From TPA_inf: Saccharomyces (lineage: Eukaryota), in the NCBI GenBank assembly GCA_000146045.2, contig BK006938.2, positions 960,001 to 1,024,000 on the forward strand: DNA of 64,000 bases. The letters are read 5' to 3'. A program made the translations under genes and the position numbers. The notes under the pieces are model-generated. The model did not search any database, was not told where the DNA came from, and saw nothing but the letters and a program-made list of their open reading frames with translations. This document shows positions 1-9,989 of this stretch, piece after piece. Numbering within the stretch: the stretch's first letter is position 1; each line of letters starts with the position of its first letter.

Positions 1-613
1 TATTGCGTAATAAAGAGATCTTCCTATCTATAGCACAATTTGAAGTTGAAAAGGCGTATCTAAAATGCTAATACTAAACAAGGCATCATGTTTTTGTCCC
101 ATTCACGTAGCACTGGCGATTTGCTTCCATATTCTTCTGTGTACAATAATAGCTTGGGTGGCTTTTTTCACAATGGGCTCTACGCGAAATTGTCGCAGCC
201 CCCTGTTGGCCGTGCTGTGGGCCATTCTCGAGACTAGAATGAAACAGAAATCTACAAACATGAAAAGGTAGAGTAAAGTCGAGTAAGTAGTAGAAAAGAA
301 AAGTGATATTGGCATACACGATAGCGAAGTTGTTCATATCTATTATCACCAGGCCATTCATTAAAAACTTACCGCTAAATTGAAAAAGAGGCGACTGCCA
401 ACATACTTGCCCTTTTTTTTTTCGCTATTATTAGTGTCCTTTGATTACAAACTACATCCATTCGAAAAGCTTGTAACCAACACTAAAGTCTGTGATTCTA
501 CCCAAATATTTGCTCTCCGTCATTTCTATTCTGTTTGAACTACTGTGCATATATTTTTCTTTTTGTTTCCTACATTTTATTCCCGGCATATCTCGCGATA
601 GGTATATTGAATA

Positions 614-3106
614 ATGACATCTGCATTAAGGGTTTTGGTATGCGGAGATCACCCAAATCTCATTCTGTACACATCCAGGTTTCAACATGCCAAAAATATA
701 GAATTTTATCTTGTGAACAACTCAAAAAATGCCAACTACGAGGTTAGTTCACTATTTTATGGGACGGAACGGTTTCAGATTCAAAACCATTTCCAATCGC
801 TCCTAGATTTAGTAGACCTTAATAATGAAAATGGTGGCTTGGTATTCGACTTGATAATAATGAGTGCGTCTTCACTGCAAGAAATCCCGCAGGTATTGAG
901 AGATATAAAACCTATGATGAATAAGACAACAAAGATACTATTTGAAAGTAGCGGGTTTATATATTTGGAGCCATTCATCAAGGCTTCAGTTGATCTTTCG
1001 CTGTCAAATATTTTCAGCATTTTCACCGATTATGACATAAGACGGTTGGACAATGGCTCATACAAACAGTTCACGACTGCAAATGCCAAATCCTTTTCTG
1101 TTTCGATCGGTCAAACGACATCCGTTCACGAAAACAGCTATTCAAGTGATATTATTCCTATTTTGAATACATTTCAGAAATTGTTCCAAAAACTGTTTCC
1201 TAGGGACGTTGTGACTCTTTACGATCATTCTCCCTCCGCTTTCTTGGCAAAAGAATGGGAACTAGCTTTGCCTCAAATATGTTTCGATCCATTATTAATA
1301 ATATTAGAAGAGAAGAATCCATCAACCTTGGATGACCACGTTTTGGCCAAACCTCTTATTTCAGGTTTACTAGGCGAGAGCTTATTAATAATAAAAAAAA
1401 TGGGTATAGCCATGAACAATCCAAATTTTCAAAATGAACAGACTATATTGAAACATTGGAAGAATAAGTGCGAAGACTTACCTGATGGGCCGGCACTTTT
1501 ATATAATTTCATCCATAAGGCTTCATCTTTGAATATTGACTTATTGTTATTACAGCCGATATTATTAGCAGATGACTTTGGCGTGAAGACACCATATTTA
1601 GAATGTTTGTTTACAATGATGACTCAATATCAATTGTTAAATAAAGGTGATTCTGAATGGTTTATTAGAAAGGATGAGAACACAGCGTTAACTCGCGTTG
1701 ATGATTTACAAAACAGTATCGCACTTAAAGATGGAAAAATCATGCAGCTGCAAAATTCGGAATCAACCCTGAAAAATGAGATAAAAGAACTTCAAAGTCA
1801 AGTTTTGAGCTTAAAACAAGAAGTGTCCTCAAGTAAAGCAAATAATGGACAAGAGTTGGAAATTTTAAAGAAGAAAGTGCAAATGGGAGACAATTCATTA
1901 TTTGATCGCCCAAATAGTAATACTAATGGTATATCTCCCTCTGATAACATTGTTGATGTTGATTTAAATTACGAAAGGAGTGACCAAGGTAATAATAGTA
2001 GTGGTAATGATAGCAGAAGACAATCTTTTTTCAACTCCACATCTGATACAACATTATCCAGAGATGAAACCTCGTTGAAAGAGCGTGAGTTAGAAGTACG
2101 AATGAAGGAATTAGAACTTCAAGAGCGTGAGTTAGAGTTACAGAGAAAAGCCCTCCAGCAACAACAACAATATCAACAGAGACCGCCTAAGCAAGTATAC
2201 TCCGGTCCTTCTGGTACACCAACCAGCGGCAATAACAATAATAAAAGTTACAATCCAAATAGAAAATCTTCCTATAGTCAGCCTCAACATGTGGCTATGA
2301 TGACCAGCAGAGGTCTACATGGTCCTAGCGCTGCAAGCTCTAGCCCTGTCATTTCTGCCAACAATTTTGTTGATCCAGTTTCTTCTGGGACGCCATATAG
2401 CAGCAATAGTTCTCGATTTAGTCAGCAAATTCCATCGCAGCAATACATGCATACTGTTAAGCCAACGAGTAGAAAAAACAGAAGTAGTGTCATGCCTAAT
2501 ATAGGTTACGTCCCAGGGCTAACCAATAACGAGTATGGTAGAAAGTTTAACGGTAATGGTATGAATGGTACCCAAAGCCGTCTGAATTCACTTTCAAACC
2601 AAAGTACGTTTAGATCTCAACAGGGTCCACCGATAACACAGCAAAAATCGTTTCAAAATAACGGTGGTAGCATGAGGACAAATCGCATACCATCTGCAAA
2701 TTACAATATTTCAAATCAGCAATCGGGTTTTGTTAACTCTATTTCAAGTCCAAATCTAAGCAATTTGGAGAATAGAAACACAGTACAAAACAGTAGAAAT
2801 GCGGATTCTGCTCCGTGCGTTAATCAATTGAACAGTGACTCTCCGCCCCAATTACAGTCTCTATCTCAAAACGGTACCTCAAAAGTTCCTCAGATCAATA
2901 TTACGCAACCATCACCAATTCAGACCAACTTTGCTACGAGTGATAACCCTGCTGCTGTAATAAAACTAGGGACACCTTCTGAAGATACAGTTTCAGCTGC
3001 GGCAACAGCCAATAATATAAGTACAATGGGAGATGAAAGCCGCAAAGAGGACGTTAAGGAAAAAAAGAAGAAAAAGTTCAGTTTCTTTGGAAAAAGGAAA
3101 AAGTAA
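614..3106 (+). CDS. PAM1: PAM1 (YDR251W), coiled-coil and low-complexity protein, 830 aa
   Basis: 830-aa ORF. Repeated ELEVRMKELELQERELELQRK coiled-coil segment, then a long S/N/Q-rich tail. Length and position match PAM1. Confidence 0.75.
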   Translation: MTSALRVLVCGDHPNLILYTSRFQHAKNIEFYLVNNSKNANYEVSSLFYGTERFQIQNHFQSLLDLVDLNNENGGLVFDLIIMSASSLQEIPQVLRDIKPMMNKTTKILFESSGFIYLEPFIKASVDLSLSNIFSIFTDYDIRRLDNGSYKQFTTANAKSFSVSIGQTTSVHENSYSSDIIPILNTFQKLFQKLFPRDVVTLYDHSPSAFLAKEWELALPQICFDPLLIILEEKNPSTLDDHVLAKPLISGLLGESLLIIKKMGIAMNNPNFQNEQTILKHWKNKCEDLPDGPALLYNFIHKASSLNIDLLLLQPILLADDFGVKTPYLECLFTMMTQYQLLNKGDSEWFIRKDENTALTRVDDLQNSIALKDGKIMQLQNSESTLKNEIKELQSQVLSLKQEVSSSKANNGQELEILKKKVQMGDNSLFDRPNSNTNGISPSDNIVDVDLNYERSDQGNNSSGNDSRRQSFFNSTSDTTLSRDETSLKERELEVRMKELELQERELELQRKALQQQQQYQQRPPKQVYSGPSGTPTSGNNNNKSYNPNRKSSYSQPQHVAMMTSRGLHGPSAASSSPVISANNFVDPVSSGTPYSSNSSRFSQQIPSQQYMHTVKPTSRKNRSSVMPNIGYVPGLTNNEYGRKFNGNGMNGTQSRLNSLSNQSTFRSQQGPPITQQKSFQNNGGSMRTNRIPSANYNISNQQSGFVNSISSPNLSNLENRNTVQNSRNADSAPCVNQLNSDSPPQLQSLSQNGTSKVPQINITQPSPIQTNFATSDNPAAVIKLGTPSEDTVSAAATANNISTMGDESRKEDVKEKKKKKFSFFGKRKK

Positions 3107-3411
3107 CAAATACGCGAGCCCTTGTCTTTCCAATCCAAATAATCCGTTTTTGTTAATGATATGTTATATTTTATCTACTTATACATTTTATCTAAAACAC
3201 TTTCTATTTGGTTAATGACCAACGAGGAAGTTTGTAGCTTCAACACAACTTTAGATCATGTAATAAACGGCATATGCTTTTAAATGCTTTGTTTTGTTTT
3301 TTTCTTTTTTTCCCGCTGTGACAGAAACAATTAAGTTGCGTTAAAAAGGTTCCCTGATAGAAATAAATACGGCTAAATTAAATAAACTACTACATAATCC
3401 TACAACATCAA

Positions 3412-3861
3412 ATGCCTGTAGATCAAGAAAAATTAGCTAAGCTGCACAAGTTATCAGCAGCAAACAAAGTTGGTGGTACCAGAAGGAAAATAAACAAGAA
3501 AGGTAATTTATATAATAACAATGACAAGGATAATACCAAGTTACAAGCTGAACTTCATAAACTGCATCCAATGACCATTGAAAACGTTGCCGAAGCAAAT
3601 TTTTTCAAAAAGAATGGCAAGGTTTTACATTTTAACAGTGCAGTTGTACAGATTGCCCCTCAATGCAATCTCACAATGATTCATGGCCAACCGAAAGAGA
3701 ATACACTTAATGGGCTGTATCCGAGCGTAGCCTCTCAATTAGGTAGCCAAGAACTTGAGTATTTGACAGGTTTGGCTCATAACCTAGAAAATGAACAGAC
3801 GGTGCTCGACCAGCTGGGCGACAGATGCAGCGAGACAAAACAACAAGTGATGAATAGCTGA
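3412..3861 (+). CDS. BTT1: NAC beta subunit paralog (BTT1, YDR252W), 149 aa
   Basis: MPVDQEKLAKLHKLSAANKVGGTRRK N-terminus and NAC domain, similar to EGD1. 149 aa. Confidence 0.85.
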   Translation: MPVDQEKLAKLHKLSAANKVGGTRRKINKKGNLYNNNDKDNTKLQAELHKLHPMTIENVAEANFFKKNGKVLHFNSAVVQIAPQCNLTMIHGQPKENTLNGLYPSVASQLGSQELEYLTGLAHNLENEQTVLDQLGDRCSETKQQVMNS

Positions 3862-3989
3862 CATAGTTCATAATAATTGCCAGTAAACGTTATAGCTAGT
3901 GGCGAATGTCGAAGTGGAAATGCTATCACATTAATGTTGCAGATGAATATATATTTTCTTATTTGAGAAGATACACGCTATTTACTCTT

Positions 3990-4565
3990 TCAGCCATTAC
4001 TGCTACCATTGTGGTTGTTATCTTGACGATGAACGATGTTGGATTGCTTGACTTTTTTCAGTAATTCATTGATACCCTCACCACCCGCAGTTAGTAATTT
4101 AGTCCTGTTTCTCCTACATGTCAGTGTATCATAATGTCTTTTCAATGCATCTTTCCTTGCAAAACCTTTGCCACATTGAGGACAAATGTTAGGCAATATG
4201 GCGAAGTGTGTCTTTTCGTGCCTTCTCAAATCTGATGATCTTGAAAATTCCAACGAACATTTCGCACATTTAAATCTTTTTTCACCAGTACTATTTCTAC
4301 GATCTTGGGGTTTGCTTTTGCTGGACTTCGGTGGTTTTGGTAATGCGTTTTCCTTTTTAACCTTTATGTTACCGCCTTGACTATTTATATCAACACCATT
4401 TTCTGCCGGTATGAGTGCTGGTTTTTTATTTTGTAACCTGTTTTGCCTATTCCTTACCCTTTCTAATAACTCTTTTATTATAGGATCTATGTTATCTATA
4501 TTTAATGATACATCCACTATTGCTTCTGTAGCCTGTTTGATAAATGCAGCATCCTGATCCTCCAT
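3990..4565 (-). CDS. MET32: C2H2 zinc-finger transcription factor MET32 (YDR253C), 191 aa
   Basis: Two C2H2 fingers (FKCAKCSLEFSRSSDLRRHEKTH; CPQCGKGFARKDALKRH). 191 aa. ATG confirmed at 4563-4565. Confidence 0.8.
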   Translation of the reverse strand: MEDQDAAFIKQATEAIVDVSLNIDNIDPIIKELLERVRNRQNRLQNKKPALIPAENGVDINSQGGNIKVKKENALPKPPKSSKSKPQDRRNSTGEKRFKCAKCSLEFSRSSDLRRHEKTHFAILPNICPQCGKGFARKDALKRHYDTLTCRRNRTKLLTAGGEGINELLKKVKQSNIVHRQDNNHNGSSNG

Positions 4566-5112
4566 TTGGTACTTTTTTGAAATTTATAATACCTCTTGAC
4601 TTTTTTCCACTATATTATTAACAAATTCTTGGCATATGACATGAAACCCTATTCAATTATCCAGATGCATACATATATACCATGGATAGATATGTATATC
4701 TACTATATCTATATATACCTCGTCAATGTAATGAGGAAAGTTCCGAGGGCGACAAAGAGAACAAATATAGTTTTATTTATAATAATGATACAGAACTCAA
4801 GATTATTTCCTGCTTATTTTAAACTAAAAGTATAGCAAGTTCTAACCCACAATCAGGTTCTTTATTATTGTCAAGAAAATATAAACTGTGGCGTACTAAG
4901 CGTACTAAGTAAGGGACGAAAAACCATCACAAAATGTCACGTGCATGTTAGTCCAGTCGGGCAATAGATAGGGACTGTAAATTAAAGTTTATATTGAAAT
5001 AAACAAAGGTAAATGGTAAAAGATTAGAAGCATAGAAAGCATCTGGCGTTATTTTAGCGGGGAAAGATTTTGGTGGATACTATCTTTGACTAGTATATTT
5101 GAGTAGCAATTA

Positions 5113-6489
5113 ATGTCTAACGAATTACGGCTTGAAGATAACTATGTACCAACTTCCGACACACTAGTAGTTTTCAAACAATTGATGAAGCTGCCGGTAA
5201 CGGTATTATATGATCTTACGCTATCATGGTTCGCAAAATTCGGTGGGTCATTTGATGGTGACATATATTTATTGACAGAAACATTAGACTTACTGATTGA
5301 GAAAGGCGTGAGGCGAAATGTTATAGTAAATAGGATATTATACGTATACTGGCCGGATGGCCTGAATGTTTTCCAATTAGCAGAAATAGATTGCCATTTA
5401 ATGATAAGTAAACCAGAGAAATTTAAGTGGCTTCCATCAAAAGCTTTACGGGGAGATGGGAAACCTTACGTAGTAAAGCTCCAACCTGCCAAATTTATAG
5501 AAAATTTACAAACAGATCTAGCGAAAATTTACCATTGTCATGTTTACATGTTTAAACATCCCTCTTTGCCAGTGTTAATTACCAGAATACAGCTATTTGA
5601 CAGCAATAATTTATTTTTGAGTACGCCTAATATAGGGAGTATAAATAAAGAGTCTCTTTACAACAAGTTAGACAAATTCCAAGGGAAACCATTAATATCA
5701 AGGAGACCATATTACGTTGCATTCCCGCTAAATTCTCCAATAATTTTCCATTCAGTTGACAAGGATATTTATGCTAGACTAGTTTTGCAGAGCATTAGTC
5801 GAACGATATCAGAAAGAGAAACAATCATCTTCAAACCGGTACAGAAAATACCCGTGAAATCAATACATAATATAATGACTTTATTAGGACCTTCGAGATT
5901 TGCGGAGTCTATGGGCCCATGGGAATGTTATGCTAGTGCTAACTTTGAACGGTCACCACTACACGACTACAAAAAGCACCAAGGCCTTACTGGTAAAAAG
6001 GTAATGGTTAGAGAATTTGATGATTCTTTCTTAAATGACGATGAGAATTTTTACGGAAAAGAAGAACCTGAAATTAGACGACTAAGGTTAGAGAAAAACA
6101 TGATCAAATTCAAAGGTTCAGCAAACGGCGTAATGGATCAGAAATATAATGATTTGAAAGAATTTAACGAACATGTCCACAATATTAGGAATGGAAAGAA
6201 AAATGAAGATTCTGGTGAGCCAGTGTACATTTCTAGATACAGTTCCTTAGTTCCTATTGAAAAAGTTGGATTCACTTTAAAAAACGAAATAAACAGTAGA
6301 ATAATTACCATAAAATTGAAATTTAATGGTAATGATATTTTTGGGGGATTACACGAACTATGCGATAAAAATTTAATAAATATTGATAAAGTTCCTGGGT
6401 GGTTGGCTGGAGAAAATGGATCGTTCTCAGGAACGATAATGAATGGAGATTTTCAGCGAGAGCAGGTTGCTAAAGGTGGTTTACTGTAG
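5113..6489 (+). CDS. CHL4: Kinetochore protein CHL4 (YDR254W), 458 aa
   Basis: 458-aa ORF with ATG start. Length and position match CHL4. Confidence 0.7.
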   Translation: MSNELRLEDNYVPTSDTLVVFKQLMKLPVTVLYDLTLSWFAKFGGSFDGDIYLLTETLDLLIEKGVRRNVIVNRILYVYWPDGLNVFQLAEIDCHLMISKPEKFKWLPSKALRGDGKPYVVKLQPAKFIENLQTDLAKIYHCHVYMFKHPSLPVLITRIQLFDSNNLFLSTPNIGSINKESLYNKLDKFQGKPLISRRPYYVAFPLNSPIIFHSVDKDIYARLVLQSISRTISERETIIFKPVQKIPVKSIHNIMTLLGPSRFAESMGPWECYASANFERSPLHDYKKHQGLTGKKVMVREFDDSFLNDDENFYGKEEPEIRRLRLEKNMIKFKGSANGVMDQKYNDLKEFNEHVHNIRNGKKNEDSGEPVYISRYSSLVPIEKVGFTLKNEINSRIITIKLKFNGNDIFGGLHELCDKNLINIDKVPGWLAGENGSFSGTIMNGDFQREQVAKGGLL

Positions 6490-6556
6490 AAAACTACTGT
6501 GTTCTGTTATCGCTTCCAATAAAAAAAAAAAAAAAAAACCTATGCAAAAATTTCAG

Positions 6557-7822
6557 TCAAAGCATAACAAAACGAACCTTTTTTGTACTGCTCATTGAAG
6601 TATTTACGGGGCAGTATGGGCACTTGAAAGTAATTGTTCCGTTCTTCGATAATCTGTCTAGCGCCTTTTTAGAAATGATGTGATGGCATGCCAGTGAATA
6701 AGGAGGATTTTCTGTAGTGGTTTCCTCCTTTAAGACGGGACAGATGAAGATCGGATGGAAATGAGTCAGAAAATCTGGTAACTTGACATCAAATGGCAAC
6801 TCATCTTTCGTAGTCCAGTCAACGTGCGCTAACTCCCTGATGGTTTTGTATTTGATGAAAAATTGGAAAGAAATTAAACCACTCAATACTATCAAAAACA
6901 AGGGAGAGTCAAAGAAAATATGTTTTGCAGCACAATATTCTTTTATAAATAACGACGTGCATTCTTTTAATTCCTTATTTACTTTAGAATCAATATCTTC
7001 AATAGGTTGACCTATTAGCGATTTAGTTAATAATGGTACGACGTTTTGCATTAATTCCTTCTCCCTATGTCTAAAGCAATCCAGGGGTGCGTTCTGTGTT
7101 ATTTGGTAGTACAACTCTACCGGATTTCCATGCTTCACTATCTGCATTGCTGACAAAGTGTATAAATCAAATTTTAGGGACGATAAAGCCGTATGGTTAG
7201 ATGATAAGCTTTCCATTTCATTGGAGCACCATTTCAGACAGCTTTCTGTGTCACCCTTTTTAAGATCATGTACGATTTGGCCCATCTCAATAAATTCAGT
7301 AGATTCTTTATTAGTAATTCCGTAGACATCTTTTAGATACTGGAAAGCCTCATTTTTATTTCCTAATGGCATGTTGTCTATACTATACCTCAAAATATGG
7401 TAACCGATGGCTTCATTAACATTTTCCATTGTCTCTTTCGGTAATTTATTGACATATACGCTATCTATATCAAATTCTTTTAATTTGTTCAGCGTGCTTT
7501 TGTTGAAGCGATTCGACTGCTGAGAAACGTACTTTATTTGTTTCTTTACTGAATGGTCCCATTGCCTCTGTGACTTGCTTAGCTTCTCAATAATTAGTTC
7601 TCTTTTTCTCTTAAACTTTTGTTTCTCCTTATCACTCAGCTTATTATAGACTTCTGGTTTTGATTCCTGAATATGCTTGTTTAAGTGCGCTTTCAACTTC
7701 TTTAATTGACTCTTGAATTCATGAGTATGATCAAGACATTTTTGAAGGTTTGTCTCTTCCAGATTGCTGTCGGTATAAAATTTCGCAAACTCTGTCTCAA
7801 AGCTATCTAGTAATTCAGACAT
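6557..7822 (-). CDS. RMD5: GID-complex E3 ligase subunit RMD5 (YDR255C), 421 aa
   Basis: 421 aa with a C-terminal degenerate RING-like cysteine cluster (CPVLK...CHHIISK...CPYCP). Convergent with CHL4. Confidence 0.75.
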   Translation of the reverse strand: MSELLDSFETEFAKFYTDSNLEETNLQKCLDHTHEFKSQLKKLKAHLNKHIQESKPEVYNKLSDKEKQKFKRKRELIIEKLSKSQRQWDHSVKKQIKYVSQQSNRFNKSTLNKLKEFDIDSVYVNKLPKETMENVNEAIGYHILRYSIDNMPLGNKNEAFQYLKDVYGITNKESTEFIEMGQIVHDLKKGDTESCLKWCSNEMESLSSNHTALSSLKFDLYTLSAMQIVKHGNPVELYYQITQNAPLDCFRHREKELMQNVVPLLTKSLIGQPIEDIDSKVNKELKECTSLFIKEYCAAKHIFFDSPLFLIVLSGLISFQFFIKYKTIRELAHVDWTTKDELPFDVKLPDFLTHFHPIFICPVLKEETTTENPPYSLACHHIISKKALDRLSKNGTITFKCPYCPVNTSMSSTKKVRFVML

Positions 7823-8132
7823 CGTTTCTTGGTTCCCTACTCAGTGCTGCATCTCTCTTGAAGACACACTTATCTCATACTGAATGTGTTGAACTTTACC
7901 CCTAATAATAGAGATTCCTCAGCTTTTTCCCCGGCGCGACGAGCTTTCCTATGTGTGAAATGATAATTTTTTTAACTTTCTAACACGAGAATATGAGCAT
8001 CACCTATTAGTCGTATAAATAAATAATTCATAACAAAATACATAAATTGTAATAAATAAAATGTGTTAAAAATACACACTATCATAAATAATTGTCGTGG
8101 AAACAACGCCACTCATTTGTTACTTGAGCGTT

Positions 8133-9680
8133 TCAAAATTTGGAGTTACTCGAAAGCTCAGAAGCATGTTTTGCCTCAGCTACTTTTTTAATTGCCTCAG
8201 ATAGTCCCTTATCAACACGAGCAAACATATCATAAACGCGCTGCTGTATTTGAGGACAGGCGCCTTCTACATGAATGCCGATGTTATATGCCAAGTTCTT
8301 TTGCTGTCCAGGTTGTTTACCCAAAACGCGGTAGAGATTTCTTGCTTGCACGAAATCTACATCACCTGGGGATGTTGCCCAATGATAAGGGATAGCTGGC
8401 CCATTCCATACCTCTTGGTGTTGTTGAATGGGTCTGTCCTGTTGGATATACGTGTACGATTTATCGTTGGCCAAATATGTAGGTTCTGAGCCGAAGTTGC
8501 CGTTAACATTCATCGGTCCATCTCTGATAGCGGGATTGAAAAATTTAGATGCATATGGACAGTTTACGGGTATTTGATGGAAGTTAGGACCTAGCCTGTA
8601 TCTATGAGCATCCGCATATGAAAACAAACGGGCCTGTAATACTGGATCAGCGCTTGCTTCTTGGTAAGGAACCGTGGTACTGGGGGCGAAGGCAGCTTGT
8701 TCCACCTGTGCGAAGAAGTTCAGTGGATTCTCGTTCAAAACAATCTTACCCACACGCCGTAAAGGGAATTGCCCCTGAGGCCATACTTTAGTCAAATCAA
8801 AGACTGAAAATGGTAATTTTTTGGCATCGCGTTCGGTCATTGTTTGAATATAAACTGTCCAGGAAGGATAGTTTCCATTCTGAATAGCCTCAAATAAATC
8901 CTGCTGGCAGTAATCTGGATTGGATCCCGCAATTTTGGTAGCCTCTTCTATGGTCAAATTCTTTATTCCTTGATCGGTTTTGATATGAACTTGCACATAA
9001 TGCCAATCTCCGTTTTTATTGGACCATTTATAGGTATGACCAGAATAACCATGCATACTACGGTAGTTGGCAGGGGTACCACGGTCTGAAAAAAGGATCA
9101 TTACTTGATGAATGGCCACCTGATTTTCAGGAGTGGTGAGGAAATCCCAAAACATGTCAGCATCCCTTAGGTTGGTTTGTGGGTTTCTCTTCTGTGTGTG
9201 GATAAAGTGAGGGAACTTGGAAGGGTCTCTGATAAAGAATACCGGTGTATTATTGTAGACCCAATCTAAATTACCTTCTTCAGTGTAGAATTTGGTGGCA
9301 AACCCCCTTGGATCACGAACCGTGTCGGCACTACCTTTATCACCACCCACAGTCGAAAATCTTGTTAGACATTTCGTTCTTTTCCCAATTTTACTAAACA
9401 TAGCAGACCCGCAGATATCAGTAATGTCATCGGTTACTTCAAAATAGCCGAAGGCACCAGAACCATGAGCATGTGGATTCCTTTGAGGAATATTTTCCCT
9501 GTTGAAATGAGCCAAAGAATCAATTAAGTTATAATCTTGCAAAAGCAAAGGGCCATGTTCCCCAATACGTTGGGTGACAAATGGTTCATTGATTGGATTA
9601 CCAGTGGAGTTTGTCACAACTCTATCCTCTCTTACATCAGAGTAATTTACTTCATTTTTTTCTTGTCCCAATTTCGACAT
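8133..9680 (-). CDS. CTA1: Peroxisomal catalase A (CTA1, YDR256C), 515 aa
   Basis: Catalase core (RERIPERVVHAKG-like region, haem-pocket residues). C-terminal tripeptide SKF is a PTS1. 515 aa. Confidence 0.95.
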   Translation of the reverse strand: MSKLGQEKNEVNYSDVREDRVVTNSTGNPINEPFVTQRIGEHGPLLLQDYNLIDSLAHFNRENIPQRNPHAHGSGAFGYFEVTDDITDICGSAMFSKIGKRTKCLTRFSTVGGDKGSADTVRDPRGFATKFYTEEGNLDWVYNNTPVFFIRDPSKFPHFIHTQKRNPQTNLRDADMFWDFLTTPENQVAIHQVMILFSDRGTPANYRSMHGYSGHTYKWSNKNGDWHYVQVHIKTDQGIKNLTIEEATKIAGSNPDYCQQDLFEAIQNGNYPSWTVYIQTMTERDAKKLPFSVFDLTKVWPQGQFPLRRVGKIVLNENPLNFFAQVEQAAFAPSTTVPYQEASADPVLQARLFSYADAHRYRLGPNFHQIPVNCPYASKFFNPAIRDGPMNVNGNFGSEPTYLANDKSYTYIQQDRPIQQHQEVWNGPAIPYHWATSPGDVDFVQARNLYRVLGKQPGQQKNLAYNIGIHVEGACPQIQQRVYDMFARVDKGLSEAIKKVAEAKHASELSSNSKF

Positions 9681-9865
9681 CTTCTAGGGTTCCAAATTTA
9701 TTTGTAAGTACTATTATATTTATTTAACTTACCTTTTAAATAAACCTACAAGAAATTCAAATGTACGATTTGGACATTACAGTGAAGAATGCTTTCTACA
9801 TCTCTTTATATGTATGGCGATATCAAAACTGGTTGTTTCTCCAATTCTGTCACTGTGGGGATTTT

Positions 9866-9889
9866 CGGAGTTTATATTTGTTAAAGCCG
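9866..9889. promoter_or_regulatory. Oleate-response element (ORE) upstream of CTA1
   Basis: CGGAGTTTA-N12-CCG matches the Oaf1/Pip2 consensus CGGNNNTNA(N9-12)CCG. Lies about 190 bp upstream of the CTA1 ATG. Confidence 0.6.
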
Positions 9890-9989
9890 TCCTTTTTCGG
9901 ATTAAGGGACCCCACCAACTTGCGCGGCTAATTCCGGCCAACTTTTTGCATTACTAATTGCGGCTTTAAATAGTGGTTAGAACAACCGC

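Noticed and set aside
65-361. Small overlapping ORFs at the window start, upstream of PAM1
   Set aside because: Mutually overlapping, no motifs, promoter region.
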